From Fastidiosibacter lacustris (GTDB taxonomy: Bacteria; Pseudomonadota; Gammaproteobacteria; Francisellales; Francisellaceae), in contig NZ_QLIR01000005.1 in NCBI RefSeq assembly GCF_003428155.1, positions 30,001 to 62,000 on the forward strand: a DNA stretch of 32,000 nt. Reading direction: 5' to 3'. Both the position numbers and the translations under genes were made by a program. The notes under the pieces are model-generated. The model ran no database searches, was not told the origin of the DNA, and was given only the letters and a program-made list of their open reading frames with translations. Below, one piece after another: positions 9,987-19,877 of the stretch (the first letter of the stretch is position 1; each line of letters begins with the position of its first letter).

Positions 9987-10223
9987 TTATTTGTTTTGTG
10001 CTTCAATATAGTTATAAACATCTTGCACAGTTTTGATTTTTTCTGCTTCCTCATCAGGAATTTCAGTATCAAACTCTTCTTCTAAAGCCATCACTAATTC
10101 AACAGTGTCAAGAGAATCCGCGCCTAGATCGTCAATAAAAGAGGCTTCTGCTTTTACATCCTCAGGTTTTACACCTAGCTGTTCAACGATAATAGCGTTT
10201 ACTTTTTCTTGAATATCGCTCAT
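9987..10223 (-). CDS. acpP: Acyl carrier protein
   Basis: 78 aa with phosphopantetheine site [21 protein letters not shown]. Confidence 0.98.
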   Translation of the reverse strand: MSDIQEKVNAIIVEQLGVKPEDVKAEASFIDDLGADSLDTVELVMALEEEFDTEIPDEEAEKIKTVQDVYNYIEAQNK

Positions 10224-10364
10224 TTTATTTCCTTAGTTTTTTATTTTTGCTTAATAAAATTATTAACTGTCTTGAAGTTCTGGCATGTGCCACAATCGAG
10301 TAGACATTGTAGAGAAATGTGCCTTATTTGCAATAAGCTTACAACAAAATTCTGCACATAAGGA

Positions 10365-11444
10365 TTAAATTCTTATATGTAGTTGACTTTTTTGGTGTTG
10401 CCATTCATATGCTAGCAGTGGGTTCCACATTGCACCTGTGGCACTCATTGCAATATCAGCGCCTATTTGTAAATAATCATCTATATCAGTTAAACTGACG
10501 ATTCCACCGACACTGCACAGCACAAAATCAAACTTATTTTGCTTGCGTATTTTATGAATACGTTTTGTCATTTCAAGAGCAAGGTTTTTAATAACACTGC
10601 CACAGATCCCACTATTTAAGCGTCCTTCACCTGGTAAGGCTTGTGAGCCATCTTTGTTACGCGCTTGCATTGAGATGGTATTAATTGCAGAAACTCCATC
10701 AATAAAAGGCGCATTGGCTTTTAATATTTCTAATACTTGGTACTCGTTGGCAATATAGCCCATTTTAATCATAAGAGGGATATCTTTAATTGCTTTTTTA
10801 ACAGCTTTAGAGATGGCACCTGACAGTACTGGATCTTGATAAATACTACCTTCTTTAGAAACAACATTCGGGCAAGAGTAGTTAAGCTCAATTGCTTTGG
10901 CGCCTGCTTCAACAGCTTTCTGTGCACAAAAGACAAAGTCATCAATAAAGTTTCTATTTTCACTGGGGGTGCCAACACATGAAACAATCATCAGTTGGTC
11001 ATCTGCCATAAATCTGTTGGCCTTTTCGATATCGGCTTGCCAGATTTCAATTGATTTACTTGGAATACCAAAAGAATTTGTAATCGCAATTTCTTGTGTA
11101 GTTTGAGGTTCATGATCAAATGGATAGATGCTGTTACCAATATCATCAACGGTTAGTTGTCTATTACTTTTGACCATAAGACAGTTTGGTGCTAAATGCG
11201 CTTTACGCTCAACCGTGCGTACAGTCTTATAAACTGGTAAGTCAAAACCAAGTGCTGCATAAAGTTTAATATATGATGAGTTTAGTAAGGGACCTGCTGG
11301 TACGCCAATTGGGGAGTTGATCTCATATCCCCAGAGCTTGATAGGCTTAAGTTTAACTCTCTTTGGGATTTCAAAATCGCACATGGGACCATTTTGATAA
11401 TTTTCATCATAAGACTTGTGAATATTGTAAGTCGGGTGAAGCAT
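10365..11444 (-). CDS. Dihydroorotate dehydrogenase / PreA-like FMN TIM-barrel oxidoreductase
   Basis: SPIGVPAGPLLNS, ELNYSCPNVV, IDGVSAINTIS, SVGGIVSLTDIDDYLQIGADIAMSATGAMWNP. The track start at 11537 looks too early; the in-frame ATG at 11444 (MLHPTYNIHKSY) seems more likely. Confidence 0.75.
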   Translation of the reverse strand: MLHPTYNIHKSYDENYQNGPMCDFEIPKRVKLKPIKLWGYEINSPIGVPAGPLLNSSYIKLYAALGFDLPVYKTVRTVERKAHLAPNCLMVKSNRQLTVDDIGNSIYPFDHEPQTTQEIAITNSFGIPSKSIEIWQADIEKANRFMADDQLMIVSCVGTPSENRNFIDDFVFCAQKAVEAGAKAIELNYSCPNVVSKEGSIYQDPVLSGAISKAVKKAIKDIPLMIKMGYIANEYQVLEILKANAPFIDGVSAINTISMQARNKDGSQALPGEGRLNSGICGSVIKNLALEMTKRIHKIRKQNKFDFVLCSVGGIVSLTDIDDYLQIGADIAMSATGAMWNPLLAYEWQHQKSQLHIRI

Positions 11445-11671
11445 ACTACTAGATACCTTAACTAGATTTACCTTATGGTAGAGAATGTTATAGAAAAAAG
11501 GAAGTGTGTAGTCAAAAAATAACAAGTAGTAATGCAAAAATAAATTGAATCAATCGCTTTAGCTCATACCTTAAAATTTGAAATCTAAGTTACAATATTG
11601 ACCTTTTATATTCATTTTGAGAAGATGCCACATCCATTTTTTACGGTTGATAATTTATAAGTACGGTAGGA

Positions 11672-12298
11672 TTGATGAAAAAAAGCATACAGTGTTGCTT
11701 ATTGATAATTTTGTTTTTTATGTCCAATGGACTGACGATAGCAGCTGGAACTAGGCATTCAAATAGTGTATCGGCAACAGTCCTTGAGTCAGAGGGAGTG
11801 GGTTCAAAAAACACTGCTAACGTTGAGCAAAACAATACAAATAGTGATGATCAAAGTGACAGCAAATCGCAACAAGGTACATCATTTTGGGAGTTCCTAA
11901 AAGGTGCTCAACCAAGTAATGGCATTTATTTGGGTATGTTTACCTGGCACTTTAACCCTGCAAGTCGATCTGATGATCGCTGGTCAAATAACTTAATTGG
12001 GGGGGTGTACAATAGTATTTTTATGGGAACACTTTTGAATTCATTTAATGATCGCGCATTTGTTATTGGTGTACAACGTAATATTTATACTGACCAGCTA
12101 TCGCAGAACAATCAGATTAACATTGGCTATCGTTTAGGACTAATATCTGGTTATGATGAACGGATGTCTGACTTTGCAAAATATTTGCCTGTTTTACCTA
12201 TTCCTGAGCTTTATATCGATTATACGTATAAAAATTTTGGAGCCGAATTTTCTTATATTGGTGTGGTTTTTACGGTAAAGTTTGTTATTCGTTTTTGA
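11672..12298 (+). CDS. Hypothetical exported protein, probable small outer-membrane barrel
   Basis: Signal peptide, Ser/Asn-rich linker, then alternating beta-like segments (GIYLGMFTWHFNP..., FVIGVQRNIYTD..., INIGYRLGLISGYD) ending in aromatic ...KFVIRF. Confidence 0.6.
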   Translation: MMKKSIQCCLLIILFFMSNGLTIAAGTRHSNSVSATVLESEGVGSKNTANVEQNNTNSDDQSDSKSQQGTSFWEFLKGAQPSNGIYLGMFTWHFNPASRSDDRWSNNLIGGVYNSIFMGTLLNSFNDRAFVIGVQRNIYTDQLSQNNQINIGYRLGLISGYDERMSDFAKYLPVLPIPELYIDYTYKNFGAEFSYIGVVFTVKFVIRF

Positions 12299-12301
12299 GA
12301 T

Positions 12302-13084
12302 TTAAATTGGCAATGGTATGCGTTCTTGATCGCATTCGCGTAAATCAAACAAATTACTATCATATAGGTGGCTAGGTACGATATTATTCAATGCACTAAA
12401 TAGATTTTGCGGAACCTTTGGGTTTTGTTTGGCAAGCTCATGGATTAGGTGCTTAACTTGCTTACGTTTTAGGTTTTCTTGGCTGCCACATAAGTTACAA
12501 GGAACAATTGGAAAATCTTGTTCTTTAGCAAAACGTGCAATGTCATTTTCTTGACAGTAAACCATTGGTCGAATAACAACATTTTGTTTATCTTCTGTGA
12601 GAAGTTTAGGTGGCATGGATTTTATTTTGCCTTGATAGAGCATCGACATTAAAACTGATTCAATGACGTCGTCACGGTGATGACCTAATATGATTTTATC
12701 GATTTTATTTTCGCGTGCAAATCGATAGATGTTGCCGCGACGCAAGCGTGAGCATAATGAGCAATAGGTTTTATTTTCAGGTACCTTATTAATTACAACT
12801 GAATAAGTGTCACGTTTTTCAATCACATATTTAATGTTATGCTTTTCAAGATAATTACGCATTTTACTATCGTCCCATCCAGGTTGACTTTGATCTAAAG
12901 TATAAGCAAGAAGGTGGACGTCATAAATGCCACGTTGAACAAGATCATGCATGATTTTAACAAGGCTAAAGGAGTCTTTACCACCAGATAAGCAAATCAT
13001 CACCTTGTCATCTTGTTTTAGCATTTTGTAATCAGCAATCGCTTTAGTAATGTAAAAATGAAGTTTTTTCTCAACGGCAGTCAT
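12302..13084 (-). CDS. ttcA: tRNA 2-thiocytidine(32) synthetase TtcA
   Basis: PP-loop CLSGGKDSFSL, paired Cys motifs CSLCSRLRRG and CNLCGSQ, IILGHHRDDVIES. Confidence 0.95.
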   Translation of the reverse strand: MTAVEKKLHFYITKAIADYKMLKQDDKVMICLSGGKDSFSLVKIMHDLVQRGIYDVHLLAYTLDQSQPGWDDSKMRNYLEKHNIKYVIEKRDTYSVVINKVPENKTYCSLCSRLRRGNIYRFARENKIDKIILGHHRDDVIESVLMSMLYQGKIKSMPPKLLTEDKQNVVIRPMVYCQENDIARFAKEQDFPIVPCNLCGSQENLKRKQVKHLIHELAKQNPKVPQNLFSALNNIVPSHLYDSNLFDLRECDQERIPLPI

Positions 13085-13089
13085 GATGG

Positions 13090-13572
13090 CTAGATACTCT
13101 TTTTAAATAATCGTTCTTTTTCACGTTTCCAATCATGCTCTCTTGATGCTTGGCGTTTGTCGTGCAGTTGTTTCCCCTTGGCAATCGCGATTTCCAGTTT
13201 AACGCGTGATCCTTGCCAATACATACAAAGAGGTACTACGGTATAGCCTTTTTGGTCTACCTTGCCTAGTAGCTTATTGATTTCTCGGCGATGTAGCAAA
13301 AGTTTGCGAGTACCACTTGGGGCAGGCACCACATGGGTTGAAGCTGAATTAAGGGGTGTAATCAGTGCATTAAAAAGCCAAGCTTCATTATTTTTAACAT
13401 GAATGTGGCTATCAATCAATTGCACGCGCCCTGCACGAATGCTTTTGACTTCCCAGCCTTGAAGAACGATACCTGCTTCAAAGCGTTCTTCGATGATATA
13501 ATCATGAAAAGCTTTTTTATTCTTGGCAATGACGTTGTCAGTTGCTGTTGATTTTGATTTTGTTTTTGCCAT
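13090..13572 (-). CDS. smpB: SsrA-binding protein SmpB
   Basis: 160 aa; [39 protein letters not shown]...[11 protein letters not shown]...[19 protein letters not shown]. Confidence 0.97.
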   Translation of the reverse strand: MAKTKSKSTATDNVIAKNKKAFHDYIIEERFEAGIVLQGWEVKSIRAGRVQLIDSHIHVKNNEAWLFNALITPLNSASTHVVPAPSGTRKLLLHRREINKLLGKVDQKGYTVVPLCMYWQGSRVKLEIAIAKGKQLHDKRQASREHDWKREKERLFKKSI

Positions 13573-13646
13573 TGTTTTGCAAATTTGTGGGTAAGCGTTA
13601 CAATAGCCGAGATTTTAACATGAACTCATGACATAAGAGAAATAAT

Positions 13647-14084
13647 ATGCCAATAATTCATCGCACGGCATTAGTTGAATATAGCGCAAAAGAGATGTAT
13701 GATCTTGTTAACGATATTGATCGTTATCCTGAATTTGTACCAATGTGCCAATCAGTTGAAGTGCATAAACATACTGAAAATGAAGCTGAAGCGACACTTA
13801 AAATTGCTAAGGGTGGGGTGAAAATAGATTTTGGCACACATAACGATATGATCAAAAATCAAGAGATAAAAATTCGTTTAATCAAGGGTCCTTTTAAGCG
13901 TTTATTGGGTGTGTGGCACTTCACTTCGTTAAATGAGAAGGCATGTAAAGTGACTTTAAACCTTGAATTTGAATTTTCTTCTAAGGTGTTTGCTTTAGCT
14001 TTAGGTGTTGTGTTTAATACTTTAGCAAATACAATGTTAGATGCCTTTTGTAAAAGGGCAAAAGTTGTTTATGGAGATGATTGA
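13647..14084 (+). CDS. ratA: RatA/PasT-family START-like protein (coenzyme Q-binding COQ10 type)
   Basis: 145 aa; ALVEYSAKEMYDLVNDIDRYPEFVPMCQSVEV..., FKRLLGVWHF. Divergent from smpB and overlapping rnfH, the usual gamma arrangement. Confidence 0.9.
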   Translation: MPIIHRTALVEYSAKEMYDLVNDIDRYPEFVPMCQSVEVHKHTENEAEATLKIAKGGVKIDFGTHNDMIKNQEIKIRLIKGPFKRLLGVWHFTSLNEKACKVTLNLEFEFSSKVFALALGVVFNTLANTMLDAFCKRAKVVYGDD

Positions 14085-14386
14085 TGAAAGTTGAACTTGT
14101 TTATGCAACAAAAACGATACAAAAGCGATATACGCTTGAGTTGACTGAGGGTACAACAGTAGAAGATGCCATTGAACAAACTCGCGTATTAAAGGATTTT
14201 CCAGAAATTGATTTAAAAACACAACCAGTGGGAATTTTCTCAGAAATTATTGAGTTGGGGCATAGGTTAAAAGAAGGTGATAGAGTTGAAATCTATCGTA
14301 CATTAACCATTGATCCAAAAGAAGCACGTAGAATTCGTGCCGAAGAAAAACGCAAAAAAGAGGGATTAAAGTTGTTTGGGGCATAA
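14081..14386 (+). CDS. rnfH: RnfH family (PasI / UPF0125) ubiquitin-like protein
   Basis: KVELVYATKTIQKRYTLELTEGTTVEDAIEQ...VGIFSEIIELGHRLKEGDRVEIYRTLTIDPKEARRIRAEEK; ATGA overlap with ratA. Confidence 0.9.
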   Translation: MMKVELVYATKTIQKRYTLELTEGTTVEDAIEQTRVLKDFPEIDLKTQPVGIFSEIIELGHRLKEGDRVEIYRTLTIDPKEARRIRAEEKRKKEGLKLFGA

Positions 14387-14529
14387 AAAATAAGGTTGAT
14401 TTATTATGTATGTAACACAAAAGAAGAAATAAAATAAGAAAATTTAGTATTTACTCCTAAATTAACATAATGTCTTTAATTTTATAATTACTTCCTATAT
14501 AAAAAATACTTTCATGTAGGGAGATCGAT

Positions 14530-14931
14530 ATGTCAAGTAATAAAGATGATTTAAAATTTCTGTTGACTAAACGTCTAAATGATTATGATGCAATTGTTAT
14601 CGCAGAAGATGACAGCACTTACATGTATGGAATTGTTGATATAGTTCAACAAGTTAATGTGGAGTTGATGTTACCAATTTATATTGCTAAAACAACAAGC
14701 CAGCTAGCTATGTTAAAAAATCAATTAGATGGGTGTGGTTTAAGAGCTATTTACATTCTAGATAATAAATATACAATTGAGGCAGCTGAACCTACAGGGC
14801 AAGAACTCATTGCGCTGTGGCATATAGAAAGTGATAGTATTCTAATAACTTCAAGTTATAGGGAGATATTAAAGGGTAAACCAGCATACCCTGTTTTTGA
14901 TAAAATAAATCCAACTTTTGATTTTTGTTAG
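14530..14931 (+). CDS. Hypothetical protein, 133 aa
   Basis: Open ORF with an upstream purine-rich site (ggagatcgat). No family recognised. Overlaps the 3' end of the convergent LuxR gene by 4 nt. Confidence 0.5.
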   Translation: MSSNKDDLKFLLTKRLNDYDAIVIAEDDSTYMYGIVDIVQQVNVELMLPIYIAKTTSQLAMLKNQLDGCGLRAIYILDNKYTIEAAEPTGQELIALWHIESDSILITSSYREILKGKPAYPVFDKINPTFDFC

Positions 14932-15815
14932 TTAAACTTGTGCTTTACTTTGTGTTTTGCTTTAGGGATATAGTTAAAAAAAAATCCCACAAGGTCTTGC
15001 CATCCATGTTCTCTTACAATTACGTTAGCGTCTTTTCTTGTGCTAATATTGTTTTTGCTTTTAATTTCTGAAATATGGTAATCAACAGATTTTATAGTAA
15101 CGTTCATCATTTCAGCCATTTGTTGGCGATTGCAACCGTTTGCATATAATAGAAGATAGACAAATTCTTTTGCTGTAAGGCTTAATTTATGTCGCTCAGC
15201 TTGCAGTTCTTTATGATATTTTCTTTCTAGCTTATATGTGGGTGTAATGTAATTAGGAAGTTCGATTTTATGGCTATATGCGTCTAGTATAATTTTCTCT
15301 GCCGCAGATTGAAAATATGATGCAAATTTTAATAATTCATCCTGATGGTATATATAAAAATGAGAAACTTGATCGAAATTTTTACTACTACATCCAAAAC
15401 AAAACTGGTCAAAATAGCCGTTTCCTCTTCTCACTAGGTCAAGTTTATTACCAATATCAAATAACTGTGTGGATAGAGTTTCTGACTGAGATATTTCCTT
15501 TTCTAATTTTCTTAGGTAATTAATTCCCAATTTCATGCGACCAGCAATTTTTTCATGCATACGGTTTTGATAAAAGTATAAAATCCATTCTTTTGAAGCA
15601 GATATCGGCGTGGTTTTGTCATCTGAGGTCGTTAAATCAATACAAAACCCATCGTCAAATATTCTGGCATAGGTAAAGTAGGATATTAGGGAACTCTTCC
15701 ATAAAGGTGCACATATTTCACTTAAGGGTTCATGATTAGGCATAGTAAAGTTACGAACTTCTGCTGGTACATTACTGGCTGAATTGGTAAGCATAATTGT
15801 TCTCCCAGTTTTCAC
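14928..15815 (-). CDS. LuxR-family (GerE HTH) transcriptional regulator
   Basis: C-terminal LSLTAKEFVYLLLYANGCNRQQMAEMMNVTIKSVDYHISEIKSKNNISTRKDANVI matches a LuxR-type HTH. Confidence 0.8.
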   Translation of the reverse strand: MKTGRTIMLTNSASNVPAEVRNFTMPNHEPLSEICAPLWKSSLISYFTYARIFDDGFCIDLTTSDDKTTPISASKEWILYFYQNRMHEKIAGRMKLGINYLRKLEKEISQSETLSTQLFDIGNKLDLVRRGNGYFDQFCFGCSSKNFDQVSHFYIYHQDELLKFASYFQSAAEKIILDAYSHKIELPNYITPTYKLERKYHKELQAERHKLSLTAKEFVYLLLYANGCNRQQMAEMMNVTIKSVDYHISEIKSKNNISTRKDANVIVREHGWQDLVGFFFNYIPKAKHKVKHKFN

Positions 15816-17046
15816 TGTTAACTTGTGGAACAGAACGAATGATAAAAATTGCTATAACGCTCATAATCAATAAATACAGACTTGGAGCGTAGTATATATT
15901 AAGAGTTGATTGTAAATACGTATTAACCATAGGCGTTGTTCCTCCAAATATTGCAATTGCAATATTTAAACCTAGCCCAATTGTTGATGCTCGTAAGTGA
16001 TTACTACTTTGTTTTGCAACAAGTAAAGCATACTTTGGCAAATACATCGAAAGGAAAAAGCATATAGAGATCATTGAGATAATAATTCCACAAATTGATT
16101 GTGATTGAACAAATTTAAATGCTAAAAAACTTGTTAAACACATTCCCATCAAAGCTGTACCAACTTGATATAAAACATGTAAGTTTTTCGCAATCTTAAT
16201 CATCAACGGCAAGAACAATAGCAATATGATTAAAGAAATAGAAAGTAATGTTAACGATCCTAAAATTGAGAAACCCATTAAGTCTTGCAAAACATTTGGC
16301 AAGTAAAATGTCAATGTATAGAAACAGATGCTTAAGGGTGATTCTATTAGCATAATTCTTAAAACACTTTTCCATTGGTATTTAAGAGCACTAAATACTG
16401 GAAAATTTGTGACTTTATGATTAATTTTAGGTAGTGTTTCTAATGCTATACTACGTATGTAACCAAGATAGATAATTATTGCTACTGATATGGCAAAAGG
16501 TATTCTCCAACCCCAATTTTGAAACATTGATTGAGGCATTATCCACGTGAATAACAGAACGATTAAGCACGCAGTAACCGCTCCAGTGACTGTGCTAATT
16601 TCAGAATAGCTTGTGTATCTGATTTTTTGACCAGATGGTGCAATTTCGTATAATGCGGCTCTTGAAGTTGGCATTTCACCAGCGTATGCCAGCCCTTGAG
16701 TTACTCTGCATACTAATAAAATTAATGGGGCTATCATGCCAATACTATTGTAGGTTGGTAGTATTGCTATAATCGTTGCTGAAATTGCCATTAGTGAAAT
16801 TGTGATTATTAAAACAGGTTTTCGCCCTCTTTTGTCTGCTATATGCCCCCATAAGAACACTCCAAGTGGTCGAATGATATAGCCTACCGCAATTAAGGTA
16901 TATGCCATTAATAAGCTGATAAAATGATTATCATGTGGGAAAAATAGAGGGGCAAAAATAGGTGCCAAAATTCCATACAGCATAAAGTCATAAAATTCTA
17001 GCCCGTTTCCAAGAGCAATAACCAGTGCTTTTTTCTCTATCACCAA
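15772..17046 (-). CDS. MFS transporter, metabolite:H+ symporter (ProP-like) type
   Basis: 424 aa, ~12 hydrophobic segments, N-terminal GNGLEFYDFMLYG, loop WGHIADKRGRKPVL, RVTQGLAYAGEMP. Overlaps the downstream LuxR gene by 44 nt. Confidence 0.88.
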   Translation of the reverse strand: MVIEKKALVIALGNGLEFYDFMLYGILAPIFAPLFFPHDNHFISLLMAYTLIAVGYIIRPLGVFLWGHIADKRGRKPVLIITISLMAISATIIAILPTYNSIGMIAPLILLVCRVTQGLAYAGEMPTSRAALYEIAPSGQKIRYTSYSEISTVTGAVTACLIVLLFTWIMPQSMFQNWGWRIPFAISVAIIIYLGYIRSIALETLPKINHKVTNFPVFSALKYQWKSVLRIMLIESPLSICFYTLTFYLPNVLQDLMGFSILGSLTLLSISLIILLLFLPLMIKIAKNLHVLYQVGTALMGMCLTSFLAFKFVQSQSICGIIISMISICFFLSMYLPKYALLVAKQSSNHLRASTIGLGLNIAIAIFGGTTPMVNTYLQSTLNIYYAPSLYLLIMSVIAIFIIRSVPQVNSENWENNYAYQFSQ

Positions 17047-17380
17047 ACTTCATCCTTCACTATCACCTTGATAGCATAATTGTCACCCAGAACCATGAAA
17101 ATATGTATTTCATTTCTTGTATTGAAATATATTTAATTTGAAGCGAATGTAACAAGGAATCTAATAATTAAATTTTAATAAGGGAGTGCTGCTCACAAAT
17201 CTTTTTCCAAATATCTTCAACTATGTAATAATTCATCTTGCGATTCTTTTGTTGTTTTTGCAAACAATGTTTCAGCTTAAGGATTGTAAGCTTTCAAATC
17301 ATATTTTGATTAAAACAATTTAAGTTCAAATCATGTAGTGTTGTAGGTTTATAGAACATAGAGTCATTAAGGGATAGAGA

Positions 17381-17803
17381 ATGAATATTTGGAAAACGTC
17401 AGTAACAATCAAACAAATAAATGAGCGTGGTGAAGGTTTATTTTCAGATTTATTAGGCATTCGGTTTACTGAGTTAGGTAATGATTATTTGCTTGCAGAA
17501 ATAACACTTCAGCAGAAACATAAGCAACCACTTGGGATTATGAATGGAGGGGTTTCATGTGCAATTGCTGAAACGGTAGGCAGTACAGCTGCAAATTATG
17601 CAGTGGATTTAACTACGCAATATTGCGTAGGTTTAGACATCAACACTAATCATATTCGACCTGCTACTTCTGGTATATTAACGGCTAAAGCCTATCCACA
17701 TCATATCGGACGCACGACACAGGTTTGGGCAATTGAGATAAAAGATGAGCAAAATCGTTTAATTTCAATCAATCGCTTAACAATGGCTGTTAAGGATCGC
17801 TAA
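17381..17803 (+). CDS. PaaI-like hotdog-fold thioesterase
   Basis: 140 aa; QPLGIMNGGVSCAIAETVGSTAANYA...VGLDINTNHIRPATSGILTAKAYPHHIGRTTQVWAIEI. Confidence 0.85.
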   Translation: MNIWKTSVTIKQINERGEGLFSDLLGIRFTELGNDYLLAEITLQQKHKQPLGIMNGGVSCAIAETVGSTAANYAVDLTTQYCVGLDINTNHIRPATSGILTAKAYPHHIGRTTQVWAIEIKDEQNRLISINRLTMAVKDR

Positions 17804-17804
17804 T

Positions 17805-19760
17805 TTGCAATATGCTAAATTAAGCTGGCAAGCTACAGGAGAACCTATATCTTCTGAATTCGGTGATGTCTACTTTTCTAAAAGTAATGGTTTGGCGGAA
17901 AGCAAATATGTGTTTTTGCAAGGCAATCGCCTTAGAGAGCGCTTCGAAAACTTAACAGATAATGCTCATTTTATTGTTGCTGAAACAGGTTTTGGGACAG
18001 GATTAAATTTTTTAGCATTAGTTTCTTTATGGCATAAGGTAGCCCCTAAATCTGCAAAACTCACTTTTATTAGCTGTGAAAAATACCCATTAACCCGATC
18101 TGATCTTATCCAATCATTATCTTTATGGTCAAGCTTAGAACAAGAAAAAAGGAGCTTAATAGCAAGTTATCCAGAAATTTTTTATACAGGACAAACTTTA
18201 TTAACAATTGCTGAAAATATCAGCCTTAATTTGTTAATAGGTGATGCTGCAATGTCACTTGCAAAAATTGATACCTCGGTTGATGCGTGGTTTTTAGATG
18301 GTTTTGCCCCATCTAAAAATCCTGATATGTGGAGTGATGCGCTTTTTAGTGAAACTTATCGTTTAAGTCATGCTAAGACAACGTTAGCAACCTTTAGTGC
18401 GGCAGGTTTTGTGAAACGCGCACTTGAAAATAATGGTTTTCAAGTAAAAAAGCAAAAAGGTTTTGCTTATAAGCGTGAAATGCTTACAGCAACTGTTAAA
18501 GACATTCATAAAAACCCTATAAATCGTATTAAACCTTATTTTTCTAAGCCTTATGTAAAAACTAATAAAAATAACCCTATTGCTGTTATAGGCGCAGGTA
18601 TGGCTGGTTGTGCTGTAGCTTATGAGTTAACACAAAAAGGGTATGAGGTTCATTTATATGAGCAAAAAAAAGACATTGCACAAGCAGCTTCAGGTAATCC
18701 TTATGGCATCTTAAAACCTTATCTTACTGCTGATGCGAATGTTTCAGACATATTTCATACGCAGGGCTTTTTATCTACACGAGAGTATATATTAAAGCAT
18801 CAGGCTAAGATTGATTTTATTGAATGTGGCGCGCTTGAGTTATTGAGTGACGATAAGTCCTATTTGCGCTTTAGCAATATTGTCAAAAAGCGTGCAGTTG
18901 ATCCAAGGATTCTACGGCTTGTGGATAAAACTTATGCCTCAGAAATTGCAAGTATAAATATTGAATATCCATGTGCTTATTATCCAACTGCGATGATGGT
19001 AAATCCTTATTCGTTATGTAAAGCTCTTATGAATCATGCAAGTGAAAAACTACAGCTGTTTTTAGAACATAAACTTAAATATTGTTTGAAAAACGGTAAC
19101 AAATGGCAATTAGTCTTTGAACAAAAAACAAATTACTATCAACAAGTAATATTTGCTGGTAATGCTTCGTTGATAAATACATTGGAAATTTTACAAAAAC
19201 TTAAAGTTTATCCTTCCTATGGACAAATCACATTGTTAAAACCTGCATTAGCAAATAAAACAATTTTATTAGACAAAGGTTACTTTTTGCCCATTCATAA
19301 TAACGTGCAGCTGATTGGTGCAAGTTTTCGCGATAATATTGATTTAGCTGGAGATAGGCGAAATGAAGATGATCAAAGCAATATTCTACAATTACAAAAC
19401 GTATTTAAAAATAGTGATGATGTCAGCTTAGAAATTATCACAAATAGAGTAGGGCTTCGCTGTGTGACAAGTGATCATGTACCAATAATAGGTGCGCTTG
19501 CAAGTTACGATGAATTTTATCAACAGTATTACCATAAACTGCAAAAGGGCATGATTTTAAAAGCACTACCAGAGCCACAGTATCTAACAGGTTTATATGT
19601 ACTAAGTGCTTTTGGTTCTAAAGGTTTATGCTCAATGATTTATGGTTCTAAAATTCTAGCTTGTTTGATCGAAAATGGTCGTCATTTTGCGTTGGCAAAT
19701 CATTTACTTGAAGCGTTGCATCCGCTTAGATTTTGGGTAAGAGAATTGAAGCAAAGATAG
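17805..19760 (+). CDS. mnmC: Bifunctional tRNA 5-methylaminomethyl-2-thiouridine methyltransferase/oxidoreductase MnmC
   Basis: N-terminal methyltransferase (ETGFGTGLNFL, DAWFLDGFAPSKNPDMW) fused to a FAD oxidoreductase (IAVIGAGMAGCAVAYELTQKGYEVHLYE; GLYVLSAFGSKGLC). Confidence 0.95.
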   Translation: MQYAKLSWQATGEPISSEFGDVYFSKSNGLAESKYVFLQGNRLRERFENLTDNAHFIVAETGFGTGLNFLALVSLWHKVAPKSAKLTFISCEKYPLTRSDLIQSLSLWSSLEQEKRSLIASYPEIFYTGQTLLTIAENISLNLLIGDAAMSLAKIDTSVDAWFLDGFAPSKNPDMWSDALFSETYRLSHAKTTLATFSAAGFVKRALENNGFQVKKQKGFAYKREMLTATVKDIHKNPINRIKPYFSKPYVKTNKNNPIAVIGAGMAGCAVAYELTQKGYEVHLYEQKKDIAQAASGNPYGILKPYLTADANVSDIFHTQGFLSTREYILKHQAKIDFIECGALELLSDDKSYLRFSNIVKKRAVDPRILRLVDKTYASEIASINIEYPCAYYPTAMMVNPYSLCKALMNHASEKLQLFLEHKLKYCLKNGNKWQLVFEQKTNYYQQVIFAGNASLINTLEILQKLKVYPSYGQITLLKPALANKTILLDKGYFLPIHNNVQLIGASFRDNIDLAGDRRNEDDQSNILQLQNVFKNSDDVSLEIITNRVGLRCVTSDHVPIIGALASYDEFYQQYYHKLQKGMILKALPEPQYLTGLYVLSAFGSKGLCSMIYGSKILACLIENGRHFALANHLLEALHPLRFWVRELKQR

Positions 19761-19877
19761 TTTTTTCTACATATATAGTTTTTGAAAACTTATTTTATAC
19801 TCTATACAAATCATCCGTGACCTATAAGCATCCATTTGTTATGATTAGGCAGAGTTCTATGTCTAAGCTATGAGAAT

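Noticed and set aside
10769-11106. ORFs 10769..10987 (-) and 10897..11106 (+)
   Set aside because: Shadow ORFs inside the DHODH-like gene.
13647-14386. ratA-rnfH as a RatAB-type toxin-antitoxin system
   Set aside because: This is the conserved housekeeping gamma arrangement next to smpB; toxin-antitoxin function is disputed and cannot be inferred from sequence.
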